The translations under genes were made by a program, and so were the position numbers. This document shows positions 39,607 to 48,631 of a stretch of DNA of 64,000 bases, piece after piece. How positions within the stretch are numbered: position 1 is the stretch's first letter; the number at the start of each line of letters is the position of its first letter. The stretch lies in sequence record LT598654.1; one strand, 5' to 3'. The notes below the pieces were generated by a model, which made no database searches, had not been told where the DNA came from, and was given only the letters and a program-made list of their open reading frames with translations.

Positions 39607-40413
39607 TTACAAAACCCTCAATGCTTTTGACATAATACGGTCAAAATTTCTTAAATAATCTTTGGATGACACAAGAGGAATAACTCCTGTATAGTTAAAA
39701 ATGTCTAACACAGCAAGCGTGTCACCGTTATGCCTAAACCTAAGCTGGCTATCCGGTTTGTAGTACCACTGGTATTCAGGTAATGCTAATAGCGCATTTG
39801 AATCGAGAGGCTTGCTGTATTTTAAGAACGTGTCTTTCTTGCCGAATAAGTAACCTTGAAGTTTGGTATCCAGTAGTCTATCTACCGATGCCTTTTTAAG
39901 TTTAGGTCCTTTATCAACGGACAGGTCAATAACGTTCTTTTTGGTTGGCGAATACAAGGTCAATACTCTAAGTTGAGCATTAGCCACTGAGTTTAGCCTT
40001 TTACTGGAATCTGACACACTAGGTAAAACTAATCGATAGGACACAGTTTTGGCAGTAAACTCAGGAAGTACCTTGCACAGTCTTAAATTACTTAATGTGG
40101 CTTTCATCCGTGCCTTAGCTATCAGTGAAATATCCTTTTCTATATAGGTATCCACATCAAGATTAACAGGAATTTGAAAGTTATCGAGGAAGTTTAACCA
40201 GGCACAGCAAACGAGGAAGTTGTAACCTACGTTATCAGTGCTTTTAGGAATCTTGACTGTTAGGTCTTTGAATTGGTTTGATAGGATAAAGCTTTTCCAA
40301 AGCACAAGAAGTTCTTCGGAGTCAACATCCTTTGGAAAACGGTTAGCACCTAACCTGAATTGTGTAGGAGCACCCATTGCTTTTAATAGCTTTTGTCTAT
40401 GATCGTTTATCAT
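39607..40413 (-). CDS. Hypothetical protein
   Basis: Long co-oriented ORF. Confidence 0.75.
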   Translation of the reverse strand: MINDHRQKLLKAMGAPTQFRLGANRFPKDVDSEELLVLWKSFILSNQFKDLTVKIPKSTDNVGYNFLVCCAWLNFLDNFQIPVNLDVDTYIEKDISLIAKARMKATLSNLRLCKVLPEFTAKTVSYRLVLPSVSDSSKRLNSVANAQLRVLTLYSPTKKNVIDLSVDKGPKLKKASVDRLLDTKLQGYLFGKKDTFLKYSKPLDSNALLALPEYQWYYKPDSQLRFRHNGDTLAVLDIFNYTGVIPLVSSKDYLRNFDRIMSKALRVL

Positions 40414-40801
40414 GGCGCTGTTGTCTTATCCGTTTAACACTAGCAGCAAGTAACTTACCGCCTCTCTTGTTTGCCTTACCTAGTTTCTTTTCATGGCAGT
40501 CACTACAAAGAGTAGTTAGATTTGACCGTATCGTCTTACCGCCTCGTGAAACAGGTATTATGTGGTCTACAGTTAATACTACATCGTTGTAATCACCAGG
40601 TCTGTGACTTGCACCACAGCGGGTACACGTATAGTTGTCTTCCCGTTTAACCTGAGCACTTATAGCAGACCAGTCCTCAGTATAATGGTTGATAACTGTA
40701 TTGTTTGTTTGACGTATTCGGTCACTAGTGCGTTGCTTTCCAAAGGTGCCTGAATTACGTTTACCTAAACCACCTCTAGGTCGTCGGCTACCTATGCTCA
40801 T
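40397..40801 (-). CDS. HNH endonuclease
   Basis: CTRCG...VDHIIPVSRGG...NLTTLCSDCH. Confidence 0.9.
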   Translation of the reverse strand: MSIGSRRPRGGLGKRNSGTFGKQRTSDRIRQTNNTVINHYTEDWSAISAQVKREDNYTCTRCGASHRPGDYNDVVLTVDHIIPVSRGGKTIRSNLTTLCSDCHEKKLGKANKRGGKLLAASVKRIRQQRHDKRS

Positions 40802-40803
40802 AG

Positions 40804-41568
40804 CTATCTACCTGTAGTGAATAGTTCGTCAGCGGCACGGAAACCTGAGGTCTGAGCCTCTTTAATCTTAACACCTGCATCCTGTGCCATACTCTTTATC
40901 TTAGGTTTGATTATCCTAAGAATGTTACCCTCCAAGTTAGTCTGGAGTAAAGACATACTATCTTTGTGGTACTCTACCAGAGCAGCGGCAGCCTGCTGAG
41001 CAACCGCATCAACAATTTCATCTTTTATCTTCTCTGCAAACTGAGAGAAGTCTGCCATTGCACGAATGTCCGCAATGATTTCACGCATTTCTGCATAGGC
41101 TTTTAGTGCTGCATACATATCACGGGATTGTTTATCCTTAATGTATTTTTCCTCAGCAATACGCGCCATCGTACTCAGCGTGTTAAACATCTGACCGTAT
41201 TCTACTACGTGTCGATGCTGGTCTTCCATCACAGTAGGTATTCGCTCAAGGACTTCCTGCTGGTGATGTTCAAATTCTAATTCTAAGCCTTCAGATACGG
41301 ATGAACCGTCCTGGACTTCGGAAACGTCCGACTCACGCTGTTTGCGTCTTCGGGATAAACGTTTCTTGGTAGGCTTTTCTTCTTGCTCGGCTTTAGGTTT
41401 CGCACGTTTAAGTTTTCTGCGTCGAGGTTTATCTTCTACAGATTCCTCTTTAGACTTAGTGCGTTTAAGTTTTCTGCGTCGAGGTTTGTCCTCTGACTGT
41501 ACTGTAGCCCGTTTAGATTTCTTCTTTGTTTTTGTAGGTAGATCACCTAATTCAAATTCTTCGGACAT
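40804..41568 (-). CDS. Hypothetical protein with a polybasic N-terminus (possible terminase small subunit or DNA-binding protein)
   Basis: Duplicated EDKPRRRKLKR, helical C-terminal half. Confidence 0.6.
   Translation of the reverse strand: MSEEFELGDLPTKTKKKSKRATVQSEDKPRRRKLKRTKSKEESVEDKPRRRKLKRAKPKAEQEEKPTKKRLSRRRKQRESDVSEVQDGSSVSEGLELEFEHHQQEVLERIPTVMEDQHRHVVEYGQMFNTLSTMARIAEEKYIKDKQSRDMYAALKAYAEMREIIADIRAMADFSQFAEKIKDEIVDAVAQQAAAALVEYHKDSMSLLQTNLEGNILRIIKPKIKSMAQDAGVKIKEAQTSGFRAADELFTTGR
41405..41487. repeat. 26-bp exact direct repeat, 57-bp period
   Basis: cgtttaagttttctgcgtcgaggttt at 41405-41430 and 41462-41487 (encodes KPRRRKLKR). Confidence 0.9.
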
Positions 41569-41581
41569 TTAAGAGCCTTAA

Positions 41582-41609
41582 CAAAAGGTAGGGGCACAGA
41601 GGCCCCTAC
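41582..41609 (-). terminator. Rho-independent terminator
   Basis: GTAGGGGC-CTCTGT-GCCCCTAC followed by CTTTTTGTT. Confidence 0.75.
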
Positions 41610-41628
41610 AATTCAATACATCAGCAGA

Positions 41629-42453
41629 TTAGGCGTATGAGTGTTGACGAATACGCTGTTCCAGTTGTTTAAAGAAATCTGGACGGTAGCTGAATACTTT
41701 TTTGTAGTAATCAACCATCTGACCGATTTGAGATTTACCAACGTTACCCGCAGCAGTCGCAGCAAGTTCTTCTGGTAAGTCTTCGTAGTTTACTGCACCT
41801 ACGTTAGCAACGATTTGCGCATCGCTAATCTTAACTTCTTGGTCGCCGTCAGAAGCAAGAACGATAACGTCACCAGTGTAAGAGTCAGCCTGTTCGTTTT
41901 CGTAAACAGATGCAACAACTACACCAAATTTGGTTTGACCGTTATCAACGAAAGTCAAGAAGTCACCACCGTTTGGAGTAGCAACTTGACCACTAGCAAC
42001 AGCAGTGAAGTAAGAAGGATCAGCACCTGCGCTAATAGTGGTAGTACACTTAGCAAGCAAACCTTGAAGTTCTTCTGGATTGTCGATTGCATTGGAACGA
42101 ACACAAACCTTACCGCCGTTCTCCCCTTCCTGAACAGACCAAATTTGTTCGTTCTGGTCAAGGAACATGTTTGAACTCAGCGAGCGGAAACCTTGCTGCT
42201 CCAGGTTGTCTGAAAAAGGAATAACAGCACGACTCATGCTCATTACACCTTGAACGATTGTACGAACAGGTTCTTCACCTAACGTTACAAACGAACCAGC
42301 AACCGCAGACAAACGACCACCCGTTGCATTATGCAAAGAGATAAGAACGTCAGCAGGATTGATTTGTGCATCAACTTGATGATTAACACTAGCAGTTACC
42401 AAAACGTGATCGCCGTTGATAACTTGATAGTCTCTGATTTTTGCGTTTAGCAT
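41629..42453 (-). CDS. Putative head/virion structural protein
   Basis: RSLSSNMFLD..EQIWSV.EG..GK pattern recalled from jumbo-phage virion proteins. Own leader and terminator suggest high expression. Confidence 0.6.
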   Translation of the reverse strand: MLNAKIRDYQVINGDHVLVTASVNHQVDAQINPADVLISLHNATGGRLSAVAGSFVTLGEEPVRTIVQGVMSMSRAVIPFSDNLEQQGFRSLSSNMFLDQNEQIWSVQEGENGGKVCVRSNAIDNPEELQGLLAKCTTTISAGADPSYFTAVASGQVATPNGGDFLTFVDNGQTKFGVVVASVYENEQADSYTGDVIVLASDGDQEVKISDAQIVANVGAVNYEDLPEELAATAAGNVGKSQIGQMVDYYKKVFSYRPDFFKQLEQRIRQHSYA

Positions 42454-42500
42454 GGCATATTTCTCCGGATTAGTATGCTAACATTAAATTACTATATGAA

Positions 42501-43718
42501 TCAGCGCCCTCTTTTAGGACTGGATACCCAACCGTTAAGCGCACGGCCCGGGCCTGAACCATAACCAAGATTGGTAACTGGCGAGTTTGTAATAGTAACT
42601 GCACCAAAGGCGTTTCCGAAACTTAAAGAATTCGCGCCTTGCGAACCGTCTCCACTTGTAACACCAGCCTTAACAAGGAGTTTTTTATAAGGCTTGATGT
42701 TGGTTTCGATTTGATTCTCTACACGACCTAAAGCGCCTTCAATCTGTGGAGTTCTGTCGATATTGAGGCTAACTGTTTGACCTGAGAAATCAAATGCGAG
42801 TGCTCCTTCTGCCTGTAACTGAGACCCTAAAGCGTAGTAACAAGCACAAGTAATCCAAGAATCCAATATAGGACCTTGCATGTTCATACCTGTAAAACTT
42901 GTACCCATTGGGCCTATCTGATTAAACAGGTTGAGTCCCCTAAACAGATAGGTCATTATATCACCTACCGTGTATTGAAGACTAGGAATAACGTTTTCTA
43001 GTTTTGCTTTATTAATGTATGCCTCGATCTGATTCGCTGCAACCATAACCTGGGGAGTAATAACCCACAAGTTCTGGGAAAGCATACGAGGCATAATAGC
43101 ACCGTTTGGCTCATGTTGAATTAGAATATTGTAGGGCGCAAGTGACTTTGCCTCAAAACAATCTTTAATTCGAATATTGATTCGGGTAGACGTTGCAGTA
43201 TATGAAATACCGTTAGTCGAAGTCGCTGATACCTCAAGCCCTTCAAAAACAGCTATGTTGTTCTTGTATGCTGAGATATAAAGTTTGTCACCTTGATCTG
43301 GATTAAACGTCAAGGGAACAGTAATGTCTACGTTACCTATACCTCGCATCTGCTTTATATAAACAGAATCCGAGATACGGTTATCAGCACCAGGTTGAAC
43401 GATGATGAAATTTTTAAGTGTATGGGTATCACCTTCATCATCTACAAGAGTCCAACGAGTCTGGAACTTTGTATCGTCAAGAATGTCCATTACAGGTATA
43501 GCAAAATCAATTTGCCAGCTTCCAGTATCTTGTCCTGGAGTCGCAACACCTGTAGCAATAACACTTCTGTCTTGGTCGTTGTCGTAAAGAACAACCTCTG
43601 GACCTGTTGTGGTTTCACTTGGATAAATAGGTTCATCCCATTCATCCAAAAACATTTCAGTAATGTTTATCGATTCACCTTCAACAACAGTGGGTATCAA
43701 ATCTTTTTGCGTAGTCAA
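42501..43718 (-). CDS. Putative head-tail adaptor/neck protein
   Basis: N-terminal Ig-like fold plus C-terminal FDFSGQTVSLNIDRT motif of the type seen in myovirus adaptors. Confidence 0.45.
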   Translation of the reverse strand: MTTQKDLIPTVVEGESINITEMFLDEWDEPIYPSETTTGPEVVLYDNDQDRSVIATGVATPGQDTGSWQIDFAIPVMDILDDTKFQTRWTLVDDEGDTHTLKNFIIVQPGADNRISDSVYIKQMRGIGNVDITVPLTFNPDQGDKLYISAYKNNIAVFEGLEVSATSTNGISYTATSTRINIRIKDCFEAKSLAPYNILIQHEPNGAIMPRMLSQNLWVITPQVMVAANQIEAYINKAKLENVIPSLQYTVGDIMTYLFRGLNLFNQIGPMGTSFTGMNMQGPILDSWITCACYYALGSQLQAEGALAFDFSGQTVSLNIDRTPQIEGALGRVENQIETNIKPYKKLLVKAGVTSGDGSQGANSLSFGNAFGAVTITNSPVTNLGYGSGPGRALNGWVSSPKRGR

Positions 43719-44854
43719 AGCAGAATCTCCTTAACGATAGAACTAAACCTTGAGTCTCTATCAATTAGGGCAATAAACGCTTTGTTTGTATCGCTCATAA
43801 AAGAATAGAACTTGGTCTTAAGGTCGTCATCAAATTCAAATGCACTATTGATCTGGTGCATTCTACGTTTAGCCAGTTCCTTATCCACTGCAATGCCTAA
43901 GCCTCCTGGATACGCCATGCTTTCAATCAAATGGACAACGGCATAACAATTATCAGTTATGTCTGCTGCCTCGTTGTTCATAGCAAGGTTGAAGTCTTTG
44001 ATACCCTGCGCAACATAATCTCTTATTCCACCTACCGGGCTATATAGGTTTTCGAATAACGTGCTGCTGCTAGAGAAAGGTACATCATCAATCATATACA
44101 GGAGATAAAACAAGCCGAACTCGTCAATGTCTAAAAACTGAGGAGTCAATAGGTTCTGCGCTTGCTGCCAGAATTGCTGACAATACAACCAAGTATTCAT
44201 GGGATGATCATTCATCATCGATTTCAATGAACGTTCGTAATACTTGGAGTACAAGGTGTACTCGTTTATAGTAGGAGCGTTGGCAGATTCGTGAGTGCCA
44301 TTAACGCGATACCAATTATTATACAGCACAAAGCTTTTACTCAAAGCACCAATGGTGTTGTACATATACACCATTTCCGATTCGGTGTTGAAGCTAAGCT
44401 TTAAACGTCGAAGTGTCGCCTTGTCGATGCTGATAGTAAGGTATTCTTTTCCTGACTTACGTGTAGACCAATAGGTTACCATATCCAAATTAGAGGATGC
44501 TTTGAATTTAGTACCTACAGAGGGTAACGTATTTGAGTACGGAGAAGGAACTAGGCTAAACGTGAAAACAAGAGCACTATTAAACCCAGTTACTTCGGAA
44601 GGCGGCATAACGCTGTAGCCAACCGAAGTACCGTTTAATAAGTTTGTTACGTTTATTAAAGAGAATTGGGATTTGTATGAGAACGCTGTTTTGTCCGCAT
44701 ACATTTCCTGAGCAAGGAGATCAAATAACTCACCTACCTGTTCACCCATACGCTCACGTTTGAAGGTACGAGAAATGCCTCCCAACAAGCCATTACGGGG
44801 ATTAACTTTAAAAGTTGTTTTAACAGTTCGGTGAATTACGATCTTAGGGGGCAT
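43715..44854 (-). CDS. Hypothetical (putative virion) protein
   Basis: Long co-oriented ORF in the structural block. Confidence 0.75.
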   Translation of the reverse strand: MPPKIVIHRTVKTTFKVNPRNGLLGGISRTFKRERMGEQVGELFDLLAQEMYADKTAFSYKSQFSLINVTNLLNGTSVGYSVMPPSEVTGFNSALVFTFSLVPSPYSNTLPSVGTKFKASSNLDMVTYWSTRKSGKEYLTISIDKATLRRLKLSFNTESEMVYMYNTIGALSKSFVLYNNWYRVNGTHESANAPTINEYTLYSKYYERSLKSMMNDHPMNTWLYCQQFWQQAQNLLTPQFLDIDEFGLFYLLYMIDDVPFSSSSTLFENLYSPVGGIRDYVAQGIKDFNLAMNNEAADITDNCYAVVHLIESMAYPGGLGIAVDKELAKRRMHQINSAFEFDDDLKTKFYSFMSDTNKAFIALIDRDSRFSSIVKEILL

Positions 44855-46172
44855 ACTGATTTACCACGTTTTGAATGATTTCGCGGCTCAGCATTGGACT
44901 AAGTTTAAGTTCTTTTGCTAAGCGGTTAACCTTCTGGATAAATTCTTTAGTGGTTGTATCTTCTTTACGAGAAAGAGCAAACACAAAGAACGGTGCGCCA
45001 GTGTTCTTACCTACAATTTCTTTCCAAGCAACAGTCTGACGACGAGAACCCGGAATAAAGATTGCCTTGATTAAAGGGATAAGGGTACTAAGCAGGTTTG
45101 TTTTTTGTTTCTCACTCATACCGCGATTAAGTCTAACATACAGTCTGTTATTCTTAACTCGGATACCAGCAACTTCTTTACCTTTCAGTTTATACTTAGA
45201 GATATTAGGGCTAATATCACCTAAGCCACTGCGCTGTAAATCAGCAGAACTCTTTTTGAGTTTGATTCCACCGTAAGTAACATTGAGGTCGTCAATGATA
45301 TTCAACGCATTTACTTTCTTGGTAAGTGCTGCTTTGGTTTCTACTTCACTACCGATAGGGAAAGAACCAGGAACTTTAGGGTCTTTCAAAGTCGTCAAGT
45401 GATGCACAAGTTCAGGTTCTTTAACACTGGTATCCAGTACACCTGTTAGTACATAGCTATAAGCTTCGTAGATAAAACCTTCTTTGTTTGCAAGGTTGCG
45501 TAACAACAGGAAGGTTTGGTAATAAATAATATCGTCCTCAGGATTAAGCACAAAGCTTTTGACCTGGACTTTTGTGTAGCTGTCTTCCTGAATGTCACCA
45601 GTAAGGATTTTCTTCAAGAATGCAACAGCGCGTTTGTGATCTGTCGGCGTAAAGTCACTAGCAATTTTGCTCAGTGCGTTCAGATGCGTATCTTTTATTT
45701 CTTTGGCTTGGGCGATAAGCTGTTTAATCAGGTTAACCGCTGATTTACTTTCGTCCATTTTAGAAAATTGTTTTGAAGTAAGTACACGGATAGCAACTTC
45801 CAAGTCACTAATAGAAGAGGTAATTTCTTCAATCACTGAGGAGTTACGTGCAAGCTGTTTGGTGCTTGGTGTCTTAATGCTTTTATCAAGAACTGTGCGC
45901 AGTGATCCCGATTTTTTATTAGCTGCTTTTCGAGTAGCTTTTTTCTTAATATCACCTAGTTCAATATCATCGGCAGCGGTAGCCTTAAACGATTCTTCCG
46001 CAGATGAAAGATTGATGGTGATGGTAGACGTTGAACTGAGGCCTTGCAAGAGTTTTGCAGTGGACTTTCCTACATTCGTTATCTTACGTTTGATAGAATC
46101 CACAACGCTCATTAATTCGTTCAATGATCTCGCGTTCTGCAATTTCTCAATGTTTTTGGAAGGCTTTTTCAT
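44844..46172 (-). CDS. Hypothetical basic (putative head) protein
   Basis: Long ORF, Lys-rich. Confidence 0.75.
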   Translation of the reverse strand: MKKPSKNIEKLQNARSLNELMSVVDSIKRKITNVGKSTAKLLQGLSSTSTITINLSSAEESFKATAADDIELGDIKKKATRKAANKKSGSLRTVLDKSIKTPSTKQLARNSSVIEEITSSISDLEVAIRVLTSKQFSKMDESKSAVNLIKQLIAQAKEIKDTHLNALSKIASDFTPTDHKRAVAFLKKILTGDIQEDSYTKVQVKSFVLNPEDDIIYYQTFLLLRNLANKEGFIYEAYSYVLTGVLDTSVKEPELVHHLTTLKDPKVPGSFPIGSEVETKAALTKKVNALNIIDDLNVTYGGIKLKKSSADLQRSGLGDISPNISKYKLKGKEVAGIRVKNNRLYVRLNRGMSEKQKTNLLSTLIPLIKAIFIPGSRRQTVAWKEIVGKNTGAPFFVFALSRKEDTTTKEFIQKVNRLAKELKLSPMLSREIIQNVVNQYAP

Positions 46173-46204
46173 TGAATTAATCCTAACATTGGCACTTAAT
46201 ACGC

Positions 46205-46238
46205 AAAAAGGAGAGCCCTAAATAAAAGGCCCTCCTTT
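46205..46238 (-). terminator. Rho-independent terminator after the histone-like gene
   Basis: AAAGGAGGGCC-TTTTATTTAG-GGCTCTCCTTT followed by TT. Confidence 0.75.
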
Positions 46239-46282
46239 GAGAGAAGTTAAACTAAGATCTAAGATAAACTTAGATTAAGCTA

Positions 46283-46930
46283 TTACTTCTTGGCGGTACG
46301 AGAACGACCGCGAGGCTTCGCTGGAGCTTTACCTCGAGGCTTAGCTGGTGCCTTGCCACGAGGCTTAGCTGGAGCTTTAGCTGGTGCCTTGCTACCTGCT
46401 GACTTACGTGGGTTAGGGTTAACCGGCTTCTTAGCTGCGTGTTTTTCACGAGCGGTCTTCTGACGTTCAGCTAACTTGGTACGAGCTTCTTTCTGCTTGG
46501 TACGCATAGTCTTACCGCGTTCACGCCATTTTTCCATCTTCGCTTTGTAAGCAGCACGAGCTTTCTGAGCAGCAGTTGGCTTCTTAGCAGCACCACCAGT
46601 AGAACCGGCTTTACCTTTACGACGCTCAGCAAGAACCTTTGCACGTTCTGCTTTCTTTTTCTTCTCCGCCGGAGTCATTTTCTTTTCGCGTTCCTTACGC
46701 GCCTTTTCAGCAGCTCGTTTTTCAGCAGCAGTTTGGCGTTTCTTAGGACCGGTAGACTTACGAGTGCGGCGAGTTGGCGCTGTAGTAGAACCAAACTGAG
46801 AACCTACACCCTTACGACCGCGTGGCTTAGAAGGAGTTTTGCTTCCAGCTGGCTTGCTGCGTGGCTTAGAAGCAGGTTTGCTGCGAGGCTTAGAAGGACC
46901 TTTCGCAGGAGTTTTACGAGTAGTAGCCAT
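46283..46930 (-). CDS. Histone-H1-like basic low-complexity protein
   Basis: Extremely K/R/A/P-rich, with SKPRS/KPAS and KPRGKAPA repeats. No acidic domain. GGAGA RBS. Confidence 0.8.
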   Translation of the reverse strand: MATTRKTPAKGPSKPRSKPASKPRSKPAGSKTPSKPRGRKGVGSQFGSTTAPTRRTRKSTGPKKRQTAAEKRAAEKARKEREKKMTPAEKKKKAERAKVLAERRKGKAGSTGGAAKKPTAAQKARAAYKAKMEKWRERGKTMRTKQKEARTKLAERQKTAREKHAAKKPVNPNPRKSAGSKAPAKAPAKPRGKAPAKPRGKAPAKPRGRSRTAKK

Positions 46931-47143
46931 ATTTTATTTCTCCGATATGGATATTAAAAAACAAATATTAGTGTTACCACAAATGTCAGCACTTGAGGCA
47001 TATCTGCGTCAACTGACTAACATTACTAATATAGAAAGTTTTCGACGCGCCAAGAACAAACTGTTTTTCATTCTTGCTGTTATAAAATTATTTTTCTTCG
47101 GAGAAAAGTAAAAAATTTAGGAAATTTTTGGTGAAAAAATCCA

Positions 47144-47176
47144 AATATTTTTTGAATATTTTTTGAATATTTTTTG
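47144..47176. repeat. Three perfect 11-bp tandem repeats (AATATTTTTTG) in an AT-rich intergenic region
   Basis: Read directly: 47144-47154, 47155-47165, 47166-47176. Confidence 0.92.
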
Positions 47177-47198
47177 AATAAATATTTACTACTTTAGT

Positions 47199-48257
47199 CT
47201 AAAAATCTGTACTAATACCAAGTTCAGAGATCGCCTCAGCTAGCATGTCTTTACCCCTGAGGTATTCTTTTTTAGAATGACCTGCACCCTTAAATACAGA
47301 TGCTAGACCCTCGTAAGGGTTGATACTAGGTAAGTCGGTAGTCTGATTAACAAAAGACTCTAACTCATTTTCAATATCAATCTTGCCTCCCTTTGCTGTC
47401 CACAACTGAGCAATGTTTGGGTTCTTCAACATCAAGTCAGTAGGTACAACGATACCCTCATTAACGTACAGTCGATACTTGATACCAGGTTCAGTACTAA
47501 GCTTCGCAAACTGCGAACTAGTTTCGATGTGCTCGGTAAGAAGTCTAAAGCCAGGCTTGTTATCTATAAACCTGTGATTGACTTTCATCTTTCCTTCTTT
47601 AACACCAGCTTTAATTTCAATAAAGCCCTTAGGTAAAGCTTCACCGAAGTTGGACTGATATGGGTTACCGCAATATATAACTCTGCGTTTCTTCATGTGC
47701 TGATACTGGTGTATGTGACCGCTTATATTGAAGTCACGACGAGGACTCTTAAACTCCTTGTGTGATTTAAGAGTACGTCCATTATCACCGATAGCGCCAG
47801 TGTATTCCACGTGAACCAGATTTAAACAAGGCTGTTTGTTAGGAATACTCTCCATCACAGGGTGATTCATCATGTTAACAACACAGCCGTCCACTTTGAT
47901 CTGCTCAGGACTGAGATATAAATGGAACGTTTCGAAGAAGCCTTCATCAACCAATAGCTGTAACAAGTCCATGCTTGTTTTAGAAATATCGGAGAAGTCA
48001 TGGTTACCACCGACATAGTAAATGTCTAACAGACCATCGTACTTCTTTATTAACGTAATCATTTTGATGTAGCTGTCTGCTTCCATCTTGTACGTGTCAC
48101 TAATATCACCAGGAATAAATACGTGACGAATACCTTCAGAAATAGCGTACTTGAAAATCTTTTCTACCTCACGCAACTGTCTATCAATGTGATCATGAGG
48201 GAACAGCTTTTTAAGTTTTTCTAAGTGCCAGTCACTGGTTACGATAGCATGTAGCAT
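47199..48257 (-). CDS. sbcD: SbcD/Mre11-family nuclease
   Basis: SDWH, GDISD, GNHD, H and GHIH metallophosphoesterase motifs. Confidence 0.88.
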   Translation of the reverse strand: MLHAIVTSDWHLEKLKKLFPHDHIDRQLREVEKIFKYAISEGIRHVFIPGDISDTYKMEADSYIKMITLIKKYDGLLDIYYVGGNHDFSDISKTSMDLLQLLVDEGFFETFHLYLSPEQIKVDGCVVNMMNHPVMESIPNKQPCLNLVHVEYTGAIGDNGRTLKSHKEFKSPRRDFNISGHIHQYQHMKKRRVIYCGNPYQSNFGEALPKGFIEIKAGVKEGKMKVNHRFIDNKPGFRLLTEHIETSSQFAKLSTEPGIKYRLYVNEGIVVPTDLMLKNPNIAQLWTAKGGKIDIENELESFVNQTTDLPSINPYEGLASVFKGAGHSKKEYLRGKDMLAEAISELGISTDF

Positions 48258-48562
48258 GACTTTAATTCTTCCTTTTCGTTTCTTATATCCATGGTGAAAC
48301 TATCTAAGAATTTCTCCACAGCTTTGTGTCTAATCTTTACAGAGGGTCGTGCAGTTTTCCAGGTACAGTTTTTATAAACATCACCGTCTATGTCATAGGA
48401 TTTAGTGCATCTGCCTCTCTTGTCATATTCGTTAAATCTACAAAACACTAAACGGTTGTTGGCTTTTTCTATATCAAATTGGGTGTAGTCAAAAGAAATG
48501 AAGAAAGTCCAAACACGTTTCAGACCTTTCTCTTTGTTGTTGAGGGTTACTGTTATCTGCAT
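48239..48562 (-). CDS. Hypothetical protein
   Basis: AAGGAG RBS. Confidence 0.7.
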   Translation of the reverse strand: MQITVTLNNKEKGLKRVWTFFISFDYTQFDIEKANNRLVFCRFNEYDKRGRCTKSYDIDGDVYKNCTWKTARPSVKIRHKAVEKFLDSFTMDIRNEKEELKSCYMLS

Positions 48563-48584
48563 ACCGGATTCTCCTTATGTATGC

Positions 48585-48596
48585 TATTTACAGTAT
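48585..48596 (-). promoter_or_regulatory. Candidate promoter box ATACTGTAAATA
   Basis: Intergenic, 22 nt upstream of the ATG at 48562, after a terminator-like hairpin at about 48609-48628. Confidence 0.5.
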
Positions 48597-48631
48597 TTGA
48601 AGAAATGAAGGGAACGTCCTTGTTCCTTATT

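Noticed and set aside
26381-42492. 16/17-nt match TGCT(G/A)ACATTAAATTAC at 26381-26397 and 42476-42492, and related AATGTTAG hits at about 46185 and 47017
   Set aside because: One copy spans a start codon and the positions relative to starts are inconsistent, so it could be chance in AT-rich DNA. Not promoted without genome-wide statistics.
46839-47111. Plus-strand ORF reaching into the large spacer (MDIKKQIL... from 46947, 54 aa, hydrophobic end)
   Set aside because: No SD, opposite to all other genes, and the hydrophobic end is explained by T-runs. Not fully excluded without expression data.
47144-47176. Tandem repeats as a possible CRISPR array
   Set aside because: The units are 11 bp and contiguous with no spacers, and there are no cas genes.
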